The position numbers and the translations under genes were made by a program. From a virus (taxonomy: Duplodnaviria; Caudoviricetes): 64,000 bases of DNA. The notes under the pieces are model-generated. The model did no database searches. It had not been told where the DNA came from and was given only the letters and a program-made list of their open reading frames with translations. The stretch lies in the IMG/VR virus record IMGVR_UViG_3300042139_000023; one strand, written 5' to 3'. Of this stretch, positions 1 to 9,005 are shown piece after piece (the stretch's first letter is position 1; each line of letters opens with the position of its first letter).

Positions 1-10
1 CGTCCTGGCC

Positions 11-280
11 GTGCAGTACGCGAACGGCGCGGGCGGCGGGGAGCGGCGCATCGGCACGGCCCTGGCGTGGACCGACCACAAGCGGGAGTACGTGGTCTAC
101 ACCATCGACCCGTACGGCGAGGTGAGCAACGGGACGTACACCTTCGACGAGCAGCGGGCGCTGAACGCGTACATCGCCCGGTCGAACGACCACCTGTTCC
201 GCCACTTCAACGCCAAGCCCCCGGCCATCACGTACGCCCACGTGGCGGAGCGGGACGTCCTGAAGGGGGACAAGGCGTGA
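11..280 (+). CDS. hypothetical protein (start may lie outside window)
   Basis: ORF track; GTGA overlap with next gene. Confidence 0.6.
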   Translation: MQYANGAGGGERRIGTALAWTDHKREYVVYTIDPYGEVSNGTYTFDEQRALNAYIARSNDHLFRHFNAKPPAITYAHVAERDVLKGDKA

Positions 281-852
281 GCAGCGGACTGACGGGCCTG
301 CGGGTCAAGGTCGGGCTGGCCGAGCGGCCGGTCTACGGTGTCGCCCGGGTCCGGTACAACGAGGGCCACACGCACGCCGGGAAGTACGAGATCGAGACGG
401 CCGACGGGACGTCTTTCCTCGCCCCGTTCGACACGTGCAGGCCCGGCGACAACTGGGACGTCACGCCGGAAGAGGGGCGGTTCACGGGAGCGGAGATCTT
501 CCGGCCGAACTTCCTGGACGGCACCGGCAAGGAGTTCCTGAGCCGGAGCCCCGGAGTCATCGTGCCCGGGAGCATGGCGCAGATGTGGAAGCTGCTCGAC
601 CCGGTCCGCAAGGGCTGGACGGTCGAGTGGTTCGGCCGTGGCGCCAACGAGTTCCGGGGCACGCTCACGGTCGCCGAGCGGGAAGAGGCGGCGTTCCGGC
701 TGACCGGGAAGTACCCGTTCCACTACGTGTGGCCGCAGGTGGGAGAGGAGTTCGAGGTCGACGGCAACACGCTGCACGAGGTGCGGGTGCCGCCGAAGAG
801 GACCGGGAAGCACCCGTCCCGGTCCCTGTCGCTCACGTTCCACCGGCCCTGA
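277..852 (+). CDS. hypothetical protein
   Basis: GTG at 277 in frame with ORF 67..852; overlaps upstream stop. Confidence 0.7.
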   Translation: MSSGLTGLRVKVGLAERPVYGVARVRYNEGHTHAGKYEIETADGTSFLAPFDTCRPGDNWDVTPEEGRFTGAEIFRPNFLDGTGKEFLSRSPGVIVPGSMAQMWKLLDPVRKGWTVEWFGRGANEFRGTLTVAEREEAAFRLTGKYPFHYVWPQVGEEFEVDGNTLHEVRVPPKRTGKHPSRSLSLTFHRP

Positions 853-869
853 CGGAAAGAGGGAAGAGC

Positions 870-1148
870 ATGGAAAGCGGAAGCAGCCGATACCCGGCGA
901 TGTCGTACGACAAGCTGAACGAGGGGTGGGAGGTCCGGGCGGAGCCGATCACGCAGATCCGCATCGCCTCGGAGCTGGCCCCCTGCGTGAACGCCGGGAT
1001 GGCCGTGCGCGGCGGCCCGCTGCGGGCGCAGCTCCCCGACGGTTCGTCCGGCCGGGAGATCGGCGCCGTGTCGATCGTGTGGAGTCAGACCGAGCAGGAC
1101 GACGGCAGTCGTACGGTGCTCGGGTGGTACGAGTCCGGGCGGAACTGA
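870..1148 (+). CDS. hypothetical protein
   Basis: ATG after GAGGGAAGAG RBS. Confidence 0.7.
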   Translation: MESGSSRYPAMSYDKLNEGWEVRAEPITQIRIASELAPCVNAGMAVRGGPLRAQLPDGSSGREIGAVSIVWSQTEQDDGSRTVLGWYESGRN

Positions 1149-1179
1149 CACCCGGGTGGCGGCCCGTGCACGGTGCCGC

Positions 1180-1196
1180 TAGTCTGGCCTAGGCCG
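1180..1196 (+). promoter_or_regulatory. -10-like TAGTCT abutting operator-like TGGCCTAGGCCG
   Basis: Intergenic; same layout as at 14446, 24711 and 39948. Confidence 0.55.
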
Positions 1197-1282
1197 ACGG
1201 GTTCGGGAGCGGCCGGTCCTGCGGGATCGGCCGCTGACGTGCCGTGTCGGACGGCGGAGTTGAATCGGAGAGGGAGAAGAGC

Positions 1283-1633
1283 ATGGGGACGTACGTCACC
1301 GACGGTGAGAACGAGATCGGCGTTGCCCTGACGGACTCGTGGGCGGCCGTGTGGACCGTCGACACGCAGTACATCGAGGTCATCCGGCGCGACTTCTGGG
1401 ACGAGCACAGCGAGGCGATCAAGGCGGCGGCCAAGCGGGGCCGCGACTTCACCGACGAGGACGGCCACAACGGCACCGTCGCGGTGATCAGCACGGACGG
1501 CGACCTGGACGACGAGGGCTTCCCGAAGGAGTTCGACGACGCCTCGGAGTACGTCGCCGACGAGCTGTCCTCGTGGACCAGGTCGGACGGTGGCGCGTAC
1601 GAGCGGGCCACCGTTCAGGGCTACAGCTACTGA
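1283..1633 (+). CDS. hypothetical acidic protein
   Basis: ATG after GGAGAGGGAGAAGAG. Confidence 0.75.
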   Translation: MGTYVTDGENEIGVALTDSWAAVWTVDTQYIEVIRRDFWDEHSEAIKAAAKRGRDFTDEDGHNGTVAVISTDGDLDDEGFPKEFDDASEYVADELSSWTRSDGGAYERATVQGYSY

Positions 1634-1646
1634 CGGGAGCGGCGGG

Positions 1647-2099
1647 ATGCACGGGGAGCTGATCAGGTACACGTGGGCACCGAACCCCGGGATGGCCTGG
1701 GGTCTGGTCCATCTGTCGCAGGGCAGGGACGGCGACATGATCGGCGCCTTCGTGTACGAGGACCGCGATGCGGCCCTGAAGGGCGACAAGCGGGCCGGAT
1801 CCACGCTGTACCGGGTGGTGCGGCAGATCCGGCCCGCCGACCAGAGCACCGGAACCCCGGACGCCGGGGCCTACGCCTTCGTGTGCAGCTCAGCCACGGA
1901 GTACACCATCTGGACGAAGCCCACGGTGAACGACGTGGGCGGGAGCGAGTACGACGGGGTGTGGTCCTTCCGGGACGCACCGGCCGCCGTGGAACGCACC
2001 GGATGGGCGAACAAGGAGAACGCACGGTACGAGGGACCGGATAACCCCCGGTTCGCAACGTTCCTGCTCACGTGGGACGTGACGGAAGAGGAGAAGTGA
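1647..2099 (+). CDS. hypothetical protein
   Basis: ATG after GGGAG RBS; in frame with ORF 1590..2099. Confidence 0.65.
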   Translation: MHGELIRYTWAPNPGMAWGLVHLSQGRDGDMIGAFVYEDRDAALKGDKRAGSTLYRVVRQIRPADQSTGTPDAGAYAFVCSSATEYTIWTKPTVNDVGGSEYDGVWSFRDAPAAVERTGWANKENARYEGPDNPRFATFLLTWDVTEEEK

Positions 2100-2100
2100 C

Positions 2101-2661
2101 GTGGCTCAGACACTGCGCGGGATTCAGATGTTCGACCGGGGCGACCGGGTCGAGATCGGGGAGGGCGAACTGGCCACAGTCGAGCACGACATGGGCGGCG
2201 AGGTCGTCCATGTGCACCCGGACGGGAGCCGGAGCCGGTACCCGCACGACGCCATGCCGGTCGCCCGGGAGGGCGTGAAGCTGACCCGGCAGACCGAGAA
2301 CGGCGAAGAGGTTCAGGTCGAGATCTACTCGAACGGCTCCACGCACACGCTGTACGAGTGCTGCGGATACGACGAGTGCCGGGAGCTGATCCTGGTCAAG
2401 GGTCTCGGGATCGACCGGGCGGAGGCGTTCGCCGGGGACCGGTTCGTGGTCGAGGTCGAGGGTGAGCCGGTACGGATCACGGTCAAGCCGCTCGACGATC
2501 CGTCCTCGTGCATCTGGTGCTACGGGTGCGGCGACTTCCTCGCGCACGGCGAGGGCTGCGAGTGCGAAGACCGGGGCCACAACCCCGAGGCCGACCGGGA
2601 GCCGATGCGCCCGCTGGTCGTGGAGAAGGACGGGCGACTGGAACTGACGCCCTTCAACTGA
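2101..2661 (+). CDS. hypothetical protein with CxxCxD/HxxxC Cys motifs
   Basis: ORF track; tight packing. Confidence 0.7.
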   Translation: MAQTLRGIQMFDRGDRVEIGEGELATVEHDMGGEVVHVHPDGSRSRYPHDAMPVAREGVKLTRQTENGEEVQVEIYSNGSTHTLYECCGYDECRELILVKGLGIDRAEAFAGDRFVVEVEGEPVRITVKPLDDPSSCIWCYGCGDFLAHGEGCECEDRGHNPEADREPMRPLVVEKDGRLELTPFN

Positions 2662-2666
2662 GCGGA

Positions 2667-2730
2667 GACGCCCTAGGGTTCCCGGCCGCGCGCCGGGGGC
2701 CCGGGAGTGTCGCTGATCGGGCGATGCCGG
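2667..2730 (+). repeat. conserved intergenic long hairpin, copy 1 of 3
   Basis: GACGC-CCTA-GGGTTCCCGG..CCGGGGGCCC-GGGA-GTGTC; homologous to copies at 3976 and 4403. Confidence 0.65.
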
Positions 2731-2749
2731 AACGGAGAAGGAGAACGGG

Positions 2750-3340
2750 ATGACCGAGATGGACGTGCTGGAGACGGCGGGCCGCTACCGGGTGCGCCTG
2801 GTGGTTCAGCAGGACTCGCAGGACTGCAACCCCCGGACCGAACAGGACTGCAACCTGACGAACGTGATCACCCCGAAGGGTCAGCGGTACATCGACGTCG
2901 ACAAGGACGGCGGGCCGTTGGCGGAGGGGTGGGAGCGGATCGAGGACCGGTACGTGGACGCGGTCCCCGTCTTCACCCGGTGGGCCAAGATCTTCCACGG
3001 TGCCACGGTCGTCGAGGACCGGCCGCACGACGGTGCCTGGTCGATCTGGTACGTGATGCCGGAGAAGCTGGCCGAGACCACGTGGACCGCCGAGAAGGTC
3101 ATCGAGTCGGAGCAGACCGAGTACCGGCGATGGGCCGAGGGTGAGGTGTACGGCCACATCGTCGAGAAGGACGTGACCCGCATCCCCCGGGACGCCGAGG
3201 ATCGAGACGACCCGGAGCTGGACGACGAGACGCGCGAGTGGGAAGAGGTCGACTCGTGCTGGGGCTACATCGGCCGGGAGTACGCCGAGGAGGCGGCCCG
3301 CGAGGGGTTCGCCCCGTACGCCGAGGAGGCCGGGAAGTGA
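2750..3340 (+). CDS. hypothetical acidic protein (DSCWGYIG motif)
   Basis: ORF track with RBS. Confidence 0.75.
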   Translation: MTEMDVLETAGRYRVRLVVQQDSQDCNPRTEQDCNLTNVITPKGQRYIDVDKDGGPLAEGWERIEDRYVDAVPVFTRWAKIFHGATVVEDRPHDGAWSIWYVMPEKLAETTWTAEKVIESEQTEYRRWAEGEVYGHIVEKDVTRIPRDAEDRDDPELDDETREWEEVDSCWGYIGREYAEEAAREGFAPYAEEAGK

Positions 3341-3645
3341 AGCGGGAGACACGAGAGATCGCCCCGATGACGGTGACCCGGATCGTCCGGGGCAGGCCGC
3401 CGGGGCACATCGGACCGTACTGGTTCGGCTTCGACATCAAGGTGACCGGCCCGGCGGACGGAGCGTACGTGAGCGCCCGCGCCCGCGCCCTGGCCATGAC
3501 CGACGCGCAAGCCCTGTGCAACGAGGTGAACGCGCCGGGCCTGGTGCTCCAGTTCGAGCGGGCCGGTAACTGGGACGACCCGAGACAGTACGAGTGCACG
3601 ATCAGCTTCGGTACGAGCCTTTCCGTGGAGGAGGACCCGCTGTGA
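3337..3645 (+). CDS. hypothetical protein
   Basis: GTGA overlap. Confidence 0.65.
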   Translation: MKRETREIAPMTVTRIVRGRPPGHIGPYWFGFDIKVTGPADGAYVSARARALAMTDAQALCNEVNAPGLVLQFERAGNWDDPRQYECTISFGTSLSVEEDPL

Positions 3646-3968
3646 GCGGTGACAACGTGTGGACCCTGCCCGACGGGACGGAGCTGGTCTACCAGGACGG
3701 CGATCACGTCACGATCGACATCGACCCCGGTTCACCGTCGGCCCTGAGCCTGCCGTTCCTGAGCGGCTACGTGCGGGGGTACGACGCCGTGATCGAGGAC
3801 GGCGGCCCGGCGAAGGTGGCGTACACGCTGTACAACGTCGGGAACAACCCGCTGGTCGGCGTGCGGGAGGACCGGCTGAAGAAGACGGTCAGCCGGTTCG
3901 GCATCGGCCACGGCCGGGGTGCGCACGGGGACGGCAAGGCGTGCCACCTGTGCGGTGCGAATCTCTGA
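3642..3968 (+). CDS. hypothetical protein
   Basis: GTGA overlap. Confidence 0.65.
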   Translation: MSGDNVWTLPDGTELVYQDGDHVTIDIDPGSPSALSLPFLSGYVRGYDAVIEDGGPAKVAYTLYNVGNNPLVGVREDRLKKTVSRFGIGHGRGAHGDGKACHLCGANL

Positions 3969-3975
3969 GCGGGAG

Positions 3976-4032
3976 GCGCCCTAGGGTGACCGGCTGCGGC
4001 CGGTCACCCGGGAGTGCCGCTCGATCGAGCGG
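3976..4032 (+). repeat. conserved intergenic long hairpin, copy 2 of 3
   Basis: GGCGC-CCTA-GGGTGACCGG-CTGCGG-CCGGTCACCC-GGGA-GTGCC. Confidence 0.7.
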
Positions 4033-4047
4033 ACGGAGAGGGAGAAG

Positions 4048-4395
4048 ATGCTGACGAGTGAGGGTCTGGCCAAGGGACGCGCCTGGGTGGCGACGCCGGA
4101 GGAGTACGAGGAGGCGGCGCAGCCGCACGTCCGGCAGCGCAACGAGCGCCGCCTGCGGGGCTTCAACTTCGAGATCATGATCGGTGGCCTATGCCGGGAC
4201 GGGGACTTCTCGTACCCCTACCCGGGCTACTACGGCACGACGGCCCCGGTCGTGGGCCTGCGCCGGGACCAGGCCGAGCACCTGACGGCCGAGCTGCTGA
4301 AGAAGCTGGCCCCTGGCGGCGAACTGCCGACCGACGCGGCCGAGCTGTTGGACTTCGTGTCCACTGTGCTCCGCAACGGCTCCGCCCCTGCCTGA
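4048..4395 (+). CDS. hypothetical protein
   Basis: ORF with RBS. Confidence 0.7.
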   Translation: MLTSEGLAKGRAWVATPEEYEEAAQPHVRQRNERRLRGFNFEIMIGGLCRDGDFSYPYPGYYGTTAPVVGLRRDQAEHLTAELLKKLAPGGELPTDAAELLDFVSTVLRNGSAPA

Positions 4396-4402
4396 CGGGA
4401 GG

Positions 4403-4458
4403 CGCCCCAGGGTTTCCGGCTGCGACCGGAGGCCCGAGAGCGCCGCCCACGGGTGGCG
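4403..4458 (+). repeat. conserved intergenic long hairpin, copy 3 of 3
   Basis: GGCGC-CCCA-GGGTTTCCGG-CTGCGA-CCGGAGGCCC-GAGA-GCGCC. Confidence 0.65.
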
Positions 4459-4482
4459 CAAGTCGGAAGGGAGGTGAGTCGG

Positions 4483-4554
4483 ATGAGCAACGACGACGAG
4501 TGGGAGAAGGCGGGCCGGGAGGCCGAGGAGATCCTGCGGAGGCTGAAGGGCTGA
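4483..4554 (+). CDS. 23-aa micro-ORF MSNDDEWEKAGREAEEILRRLKG
   Basis: Strong GGAGGTGA RBS; below ORF-track cutoff. Confidence 0.55.
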   Translation: MSNDDEWEKAGREAEEILRRLKG

Positions 4555-4620
4555 CCCGCAGGCAGAAGCGCAGCACACCACGTGAGCACAGAGAACTGCA
4601 TCCGCGAGAAGGAGAAGAAC

Positions 4621-4749
4621 GTGACGCAGGAGACGCCCCAGACCCCGCCGGACATGATCAACGTCCCCGTCCCGGCCGACACGCCGCCGCCGGAGGCCAT
4701 CTCGGTCACCCCGGAGAACGCGCAGCAGATGGACGCCGACAAGAAGTAG
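4621..4749 (+). CDS. small Pro/Thr-rich peptide
   Basis: GTG after GGAGAAG; GC3-biased codons. Confidence 0.5.
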   Translation: MTQETPQTPPDMINVPVPADTPPPEAISVTPENAQQMDADKK

Positions 4750-4810
4750 CGGGCCGACGGCGCCGCTCGGGGCGGCCGGGAGACCGGCCGCCCTCCCGGA
4801 AGGGGGAGAC

Positions 4811-5179
4811 ATGCACGAACAGGATGTGTGGCGGGTGCGGTTCACCCGGGAGCACGGGGAGCTGTGGTCGCAGACCCTGGAAGGGCTGATGACCTTCCGG
4901 TACGGGTCCAGCGGGACGTGGGCGGCGCATGCGGCCCTGATCCACTGGACCCGGGCGTGCGGGGTGCCGGGCAGTGCCGACAACTACCCGATGCGGTACC
5001 TGGCCGAAGCCATCCGCATGAAGGACGGTGAGGAGATCGTTGCCGGGAAGGCGACCGCCGTCCGGGACTCCCTGAACGGGAAGTTCCTCAACGAGAACCA
5101 GGTCGACATTCTCCAGTTCACGCCGGAGGGGACGCTGATCCACACCCGGGAGAGCTGGACCGTAGCCGAAAGGCACTGA
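4811..5179 (+). CDS. hypothetical protein
   Basis: ORF with RBS. Confidence 0.7.
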   Translation: MHEQDVWRVRFTREHGELWSQTLEGLMTFRYGSSGTWAAHAALIHWTRACGVPGSADNYPMRYLAEAIRMKDGEEIVAGKATAVRDSLNGKFLNENQVDILQFTPEGTLIHTRESWTVAERH

Positions 5180-5195
5180 AGGAAGGGAGTGGGGC

Positions 5196-5420
5196 ATGGC
5201 TCTCACGCTCACGAAGGAACCGACGCCGGAGATCACCGGCCCGATCACGATCAGCGCCGAGTGGAACCACTCGTGCACGTCGCAGTGCCCGAACCCGTGC
5301 CCGGCGTCGTCCCGGTTGACGCAGCCGGGCGTCACGGCCCGCATCCCGCAGCAGCCGGGGCCGCAGTCGCCCCCGCCGAAGACGCCGAAGGTCCCGCAGC
5401 AGCCGGGCCCCCGGGACTGA
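5196..5420 (+). CDS. Pro-rich small protein with CxxxCxxxC and two PQQPGP repeats
   Basis: ORF track; RBS. Confidence 0.6.
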   Translation: MALTLTKEPTPEITGPITISAEWNHSCTSQCPNPCPASSRLTQPGVTARIPQQPGPQSPPPKTPKVPQQPGPRD

Positions 5421-5447
5421 GACCCGAACGAGGAGAGGGAGAAGATC

Positions 5448-5891
5448 ATGGGCGAGTGGACGATGCACGGCCAGGTGTGGGCCGACGACGGCGACGTGGG
5501 CGGGGACACGCAGATCGGGAAGGCGGCAAGCGTCCGGTTCGTGAACCCGGACTGCCCCGGCGCCCGGGTCACGGTGTACGCCTACGCCTCCGCTCCCGAG
5601 CGCTCGATCGAGGCCAAGGTCGGTTCGATCGAGGTGTTCATGGGCTACGACGCCGACCTGGGCAACCTCGGGATCGAGTCGCAGGTCTGGTTCGAGATCG
5701 ACGACGACGCCGAGGGCGACGCCGACGAGTGGGACCCGACCTGGTCGGAGATCAGGTACGAGTCGCTGGACTCGTACATCGCCCCCGGGCCGGACGAGAA
5801 GCGGGTGGCCGTGGCCGAGGCGGCGGCGCTCGCCTGGGTCCGGGCGTACGACCCCAAGAAATTCATCAACTGGGACGGCAAGCGGTTCTGA
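5448..5891 (+). CDS. hypothetical acidic protein
   Basis: ORF with RBS. Confidence 0.7.
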   Translation: MGEWTMHGQVWADDGDVGGDTQIGKAASVRFVNPDCPGARVTVYAYASAPERSIEAKVGSIEVFMGYDADLGNLGIESQVWFEIDDDAEGDADEWDPTWSEIRYESLDSYIAPGPDEKRVAVAEAAALAWVRAYDPKKFINWDGKRF

Positions 5892-5966
5892 GCCGGTGCG
5901 TTCGGGGCGGCGGGAGCTGTGGGTTCCCGCCGCCCAGTGCACATCGGACGGAAGGAGAGGGAGAGC

Positions 5967-6938
5967 GTGAAGAGGTTCGAGGACGCCGAGAAGGTCACCC
6001 CGCAGCAGCTCAAGGGCATGACCCCGACACAGGTGGACGAGCTGTTCGCCGTCGCCTGGGATCACCGGTACGAGCTGGTGGAAGAGGTGTACGCCGCCTG
6101 GAACGAGGTGCACTACGCCGTCGGTGACCGCCGGGTCAGCACGCAGACGTGGCGCCTGGGTCATCAGGAGGTGCAGGACAAGGCCGCCGGGACCGAGCGG
6201 GGCCGCAAGGCGCTCGACCGGGTGAACCGGGCGAAGGGTTCGGTCGCCGAGCTGGACGGCACCGTGCTGGCCAAGCTGGAAGCCGAGTTCGACAGCCGGG
6301 GCGGATGGTCCCGGGCCTACCTGGTCACCGATGGCCACGTGCACAGCTCGATGCACTGCTCGTCGTGCAACCGGGGCGAGTTCCCGACCCGCTTCTTCTG
6401 GATGATCGACTACTCCGGGAAGAGCATGGCGGAGATCGTCGAGGCCGCTGGGGAACGGGCCTGCACCATCTGCTACCCGGATGCGCCGGTCGCCCGCAAG
6501 GACAAGGGTGAGACGGTGAACGTACCGAAGTCGGTGATGCTGACTTCCGAGGAGATCCAACGCGACGAGGCCAGGGATGCGGAGGCCAAGCGCCGGGCGG
6601 AGAAGAAGGCCAAAGCCGCGCTGAACGCCATCACGCAGCCCGACGGCACTCCCCTGCGGGACGAGGTGGACCGGGACGGCAGGCAGAAGGGCTCGGTCGT
6701 GAAGACCGTGCGCACGGCCCGGACCGAGCTGAAGCGGCAGTGCTGGTACGCGTACGCCTGGGGCGACGACGACGGCGCTCACGAGCGGAACATCCAGCAC
6801 CTGGGCAGGGCCGTGGCCTGGAAGGAGAACGGCCTGGCGATCGGGGACGAGCCGACCGCCGAACAGATCGAAGCGGTGATCAAGCCGCTGCGGGACAAGG
6901 CCGTGAAGGAAGTCGACAAGGCCCGAGCAGAGGGCTGA
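5967..6938 (+). CDS. hypothetical protein with HCSSC and CTICYPDAP Zn-binding motifs
   Basis: GTG after GAGAGGGAGAG; motif pair recalled from uncharacterised actinophage proteins. Confidence 0.75.
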   Translation: MKRFEDAEKVTPQQLKGMTPTQVDELFAVAWDHRYELVEEVYAAWNEVHYAVGDRRVSTQTWRLGHQEVQDKAAGTERGRKALDRVNRAKGSVAELDGTVLAKLEAEFDSRGGWSRAYLVTDGHVHSSMHCSSCNRGEFPTRFFWMIDYSGKSMAEIVEAAGERACTICYPDAPVARKDKGETVNVPKSVMLTSEEIQRDEARDAEAKRRAEKKAKAALNAITQPDGTPLRDEVDRDGRQKGSVVKTVRTARTELKRQCWYAYAWGDDDGAHERNIQHLGRAVAWKENGLAIGDEPTAEQIEAVIKPLRDKAVKEVDKARAEG

Positions 6939-6952
6939 AGGGGAGCGAGAAG

Positions 6953-7489
6953 ATGAACGAGACCACCATCCGCATCATCCACTGGATCTGGGGCGAGCCG
7001 AAGCTGGCCGACTTCCTGCGCGGCATCGCCGAGGGGGAGAAGATCCCGCCGCATGACGAGGCGTTCGAGTACGGGGACGACCAGCTCGCCTGCTGGATCT
7101 CCGACCTCGTCTTCCCGGAGGACCGCAGCCGGGGGATCAAGGCGTGGATCGACCTGGGCGGCAGCGACGAGCGGGCCGACGCCCTGTACGAGGCGCTGAC
7201 CGAGGGCCGCAAGACGCCCGCCGGGCGCCTGAAGTGGCTCGACGAGATGGACATCGGCCTGATCCGGGACGCCCTGCTGGGGCACAAGGGAGGATCGGAC
7301 ATCTACGTCCACTCCCTGGTCAAGCCGTACCACCCGAACAACACCTACCGGGTGCACGACTTCGGGACGGTCTACGAGCGGGGATGGACGTCGGCCTCCG
7401 GCGCCTGGGGGCTGGCCGAGAAGGACCGGCAGGTCTGCCCCAACCCGACGGTCTCACCGTGCGGGTGCACGGTGGTGCAGCGTGGCTGA
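6953..7489 (+). CDS. hypothetical protein
   Basis: ATG in frame with ORF 6740..7489. Confidence 0.7.
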   Translation: MNETTIRIIHWIWGEPKLADFLRGIAEGEKIPPHDEAFEYGDDQLACWISDLVFPEDRSRGIKAWIDLGGSDERADALYEALTEGRKTPAGRLKWLDEMDIGLIRDALLGHKGGSDIYVHSLVKPYHPNNTYRVHDFGTVYERGWTSASGAWGLAEKDRQVCPNPTVSPCGCTVVQRG

Positions 7490-7826
7490 ACTGGCCTGCA
7501 CCTGCGGTCCCGGCGATTCGGTCGCCGGGACCCGGCGGGAGATCGTCGAGCAGCGGCTGGCCGGACTCTTCAATCTCACGGTTCCCGAGGTTCATGCTCT
7601 GCTGGATCTGCTGGACCGCGCGAACGAGGCTGCACTGGACATCCCGGATGATGAACGGGACCCGGAGGGCGGGGAGACCGAACGCCAGATGGCCCGGGAA
7701 TCCGGCCGCACCGAGGGCTGGATCAAGAACTTCCTGAGCGCCTGGGAGTTCACGTCCACCGCACTGGACCAGGAACTGCACGAGAAGCACGGCCCGTGGG
7801 GCGGGCTCTTCGGCAAACAGTCCTGA
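7482..7826 (+). CDS. hypothetical protein
   Basis: ORF track. Confidence 0.65.
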   Translation: MAELACTCGPGDSVAGTRREIVEQRLAGLFNLTVPEVHALLDLLDRANEAALDIPDDERDPEGGETERQMARESGRTEGWIKNFLSAWEFTSTALDQELHEKHGPWGGLFGKQS

Positions 7827-7841
7827 ACAACTGGAACTTCA

Positions 7842-7860
7842 CGGCCTAGGTCAGTAGTAT
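7842..7860 (+). promoter_or_regulatory. operator-like CGGCCTAGGTCA followed by -10-like TAGTAT
   Basis: Intergenic copy of motif family. Confidence 0.6.
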
Positions 7861-7902
7861 TCGAGGGCCCCGGGAGAACCGGGGCCCGGGAGGAGAGACG
7901 GG

Positions 7903-8250
7903 ATGCAGCAGATGGACGAGTACCGGCGTACGGCGGAGTTCGTGGACGTGGTGGCCGGTGAGCCGGGCCAGGTGCACACGGTGTACCGCTTCCCGAACAC
8001 GGAGCACGGTCACGGCCGGGCGGTCGAGTACCGCAACGCCTACAACGAGTCCCTGCGCGAGGCGATGGAGATCCCGAAGGCCGATCTGGAACTGGAGCGT
8101 CCCGACTGGGGCCAGCGCCGGGAGGAGTACGACCGGGCGGAGAAGGTCGAGCTGTACCGGTACAACCAGGCGGGCCTGTCGTACGTGCACCCGCCCAAGC
8201 TGATCGGGCCGAACGACCCGATGCCGACCGACTACCCGCACGAGTTCTGA
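7903..8250 (+). CDS. hypothetical protein
   Basis: ORF with RBS. Confidence 0.7.
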   Translation: MQQMDEYRRTAEFVDVVAGEPGQVHTVYRFPNTEHGHGRAVEYRNAYNESLREAMEIPKADLELERPDWGQRREEYDRAEKVELYRYNQAGLSYVHPPKLIGPNDPMPTDYPHEF

Positions 8251-8261
8251 GGAGATCCGGG

Positions 8262-8573
8262 ATGGCTGCTGGACTGACCCGCGAGACCACGCACTACATC
8301 GTCCATTCCACGGTCGTCGACCCGGGACCGAACTCCACCTTCGGCACCTCTCCCCCGTACTCGGGTGAGCGGGCGCTGGAGCGGGCCGTCAAGGCGGCCC
8401 ATCAGGAGTTGCGGGGGCGGCGCCGGGCGTTCGTGACGGCCCGAGACGACGCAAGCCGGATCCTCGCCGTGATCCCGGTCGTGGACTACCCGGTTTTCGG
8501 GGACACGCACGTCCCCGAGCATGCGCAGGACGCCATCACGGCCCTCTTCGAGGGGCTGGACTGGACGATCTGA
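8262..8573 (+). CDS. hypothetical protein
   Basis: ORF track. Confidence 0.65.
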   Translation: MAAGLTRETTHYIVHSTVVDPGPNSTFGTSPPYSGERALERAVKAAHQELRGRRRAFVTARDDASRILAVIPVVDYPVFGDTHVPEHAQDAITALFEGLDWTI

Positions 8574-8644
8574 CCCGGACGAAACCGGGCCCCTGGGAAG
8601 GGCTCCCGGTAGGCGGAACAGGACCGCCCTGACGAGTCCCGTCA
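8571..8644 (+). ncRNA. type II hammerhead ribozyme
   Basis: GGAC-GAAA-CCGGG..CCCGG-TA (GTA site 8609-8611)-GGCGG loop CCGCC-CTGACGA-GTCC; complete core and three stems. Confidence 0.9.
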
Positions 8645-8660
8645 GCACGGAGAGGAGAAG

Positions 8661-8981
8661 GTGAACGTGAATGCCGAGCTGCCCAAGTCGATCGAGACGG
8701 TGACTCTCGCCGACATGCCGGTGGGGATGACCGCCTACACCGTCCCCTGGGCCATGTATGCGGACCAGGACAGGAAGTTGTGGCTCGACCCCAACTTCAC
8801 CTTCGAGAGGAAGTCGGGTGGCACCGTTCAGATGCGGGTCACGCGCCTTGACGAGGGCTTCCGGGTGGGCTACGTGCCCGGGGAGACGTACGAACCCGGG
8901 AACGGTCGAGCCTCCGATAAGGACGGCCTGCCCGTCGTCGCACTGACCGGGGCACCCGAAGCCGACGACACGAACGCCTGA
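8661..8981 (+). CDS. hypothetical protein directly downstream of hammerhead 1
   Basis: GTG after GGAGAGGAGAAG. Confidence 0.7.
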   Translation: MNVNAELPKSIETVTLADMPVGMTAYTVPWAMYADQDRKLWLDPNFTFERKSGGTVQMRVTRLDEGFRVGYVPGETYEPGNGRASDKDGLPVVALTGAPEADDTNA

Positions 8982-9005
8982 CCCACGAACGGATCGGAGA
9001 AGAAC

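Noticed and set aside
2667-4458. Three-copy hairpin as a known ribozyme (twister, pistol, twister-sister)
   Set aside because: Conserved catalytic loops and pseudoknot partners not found
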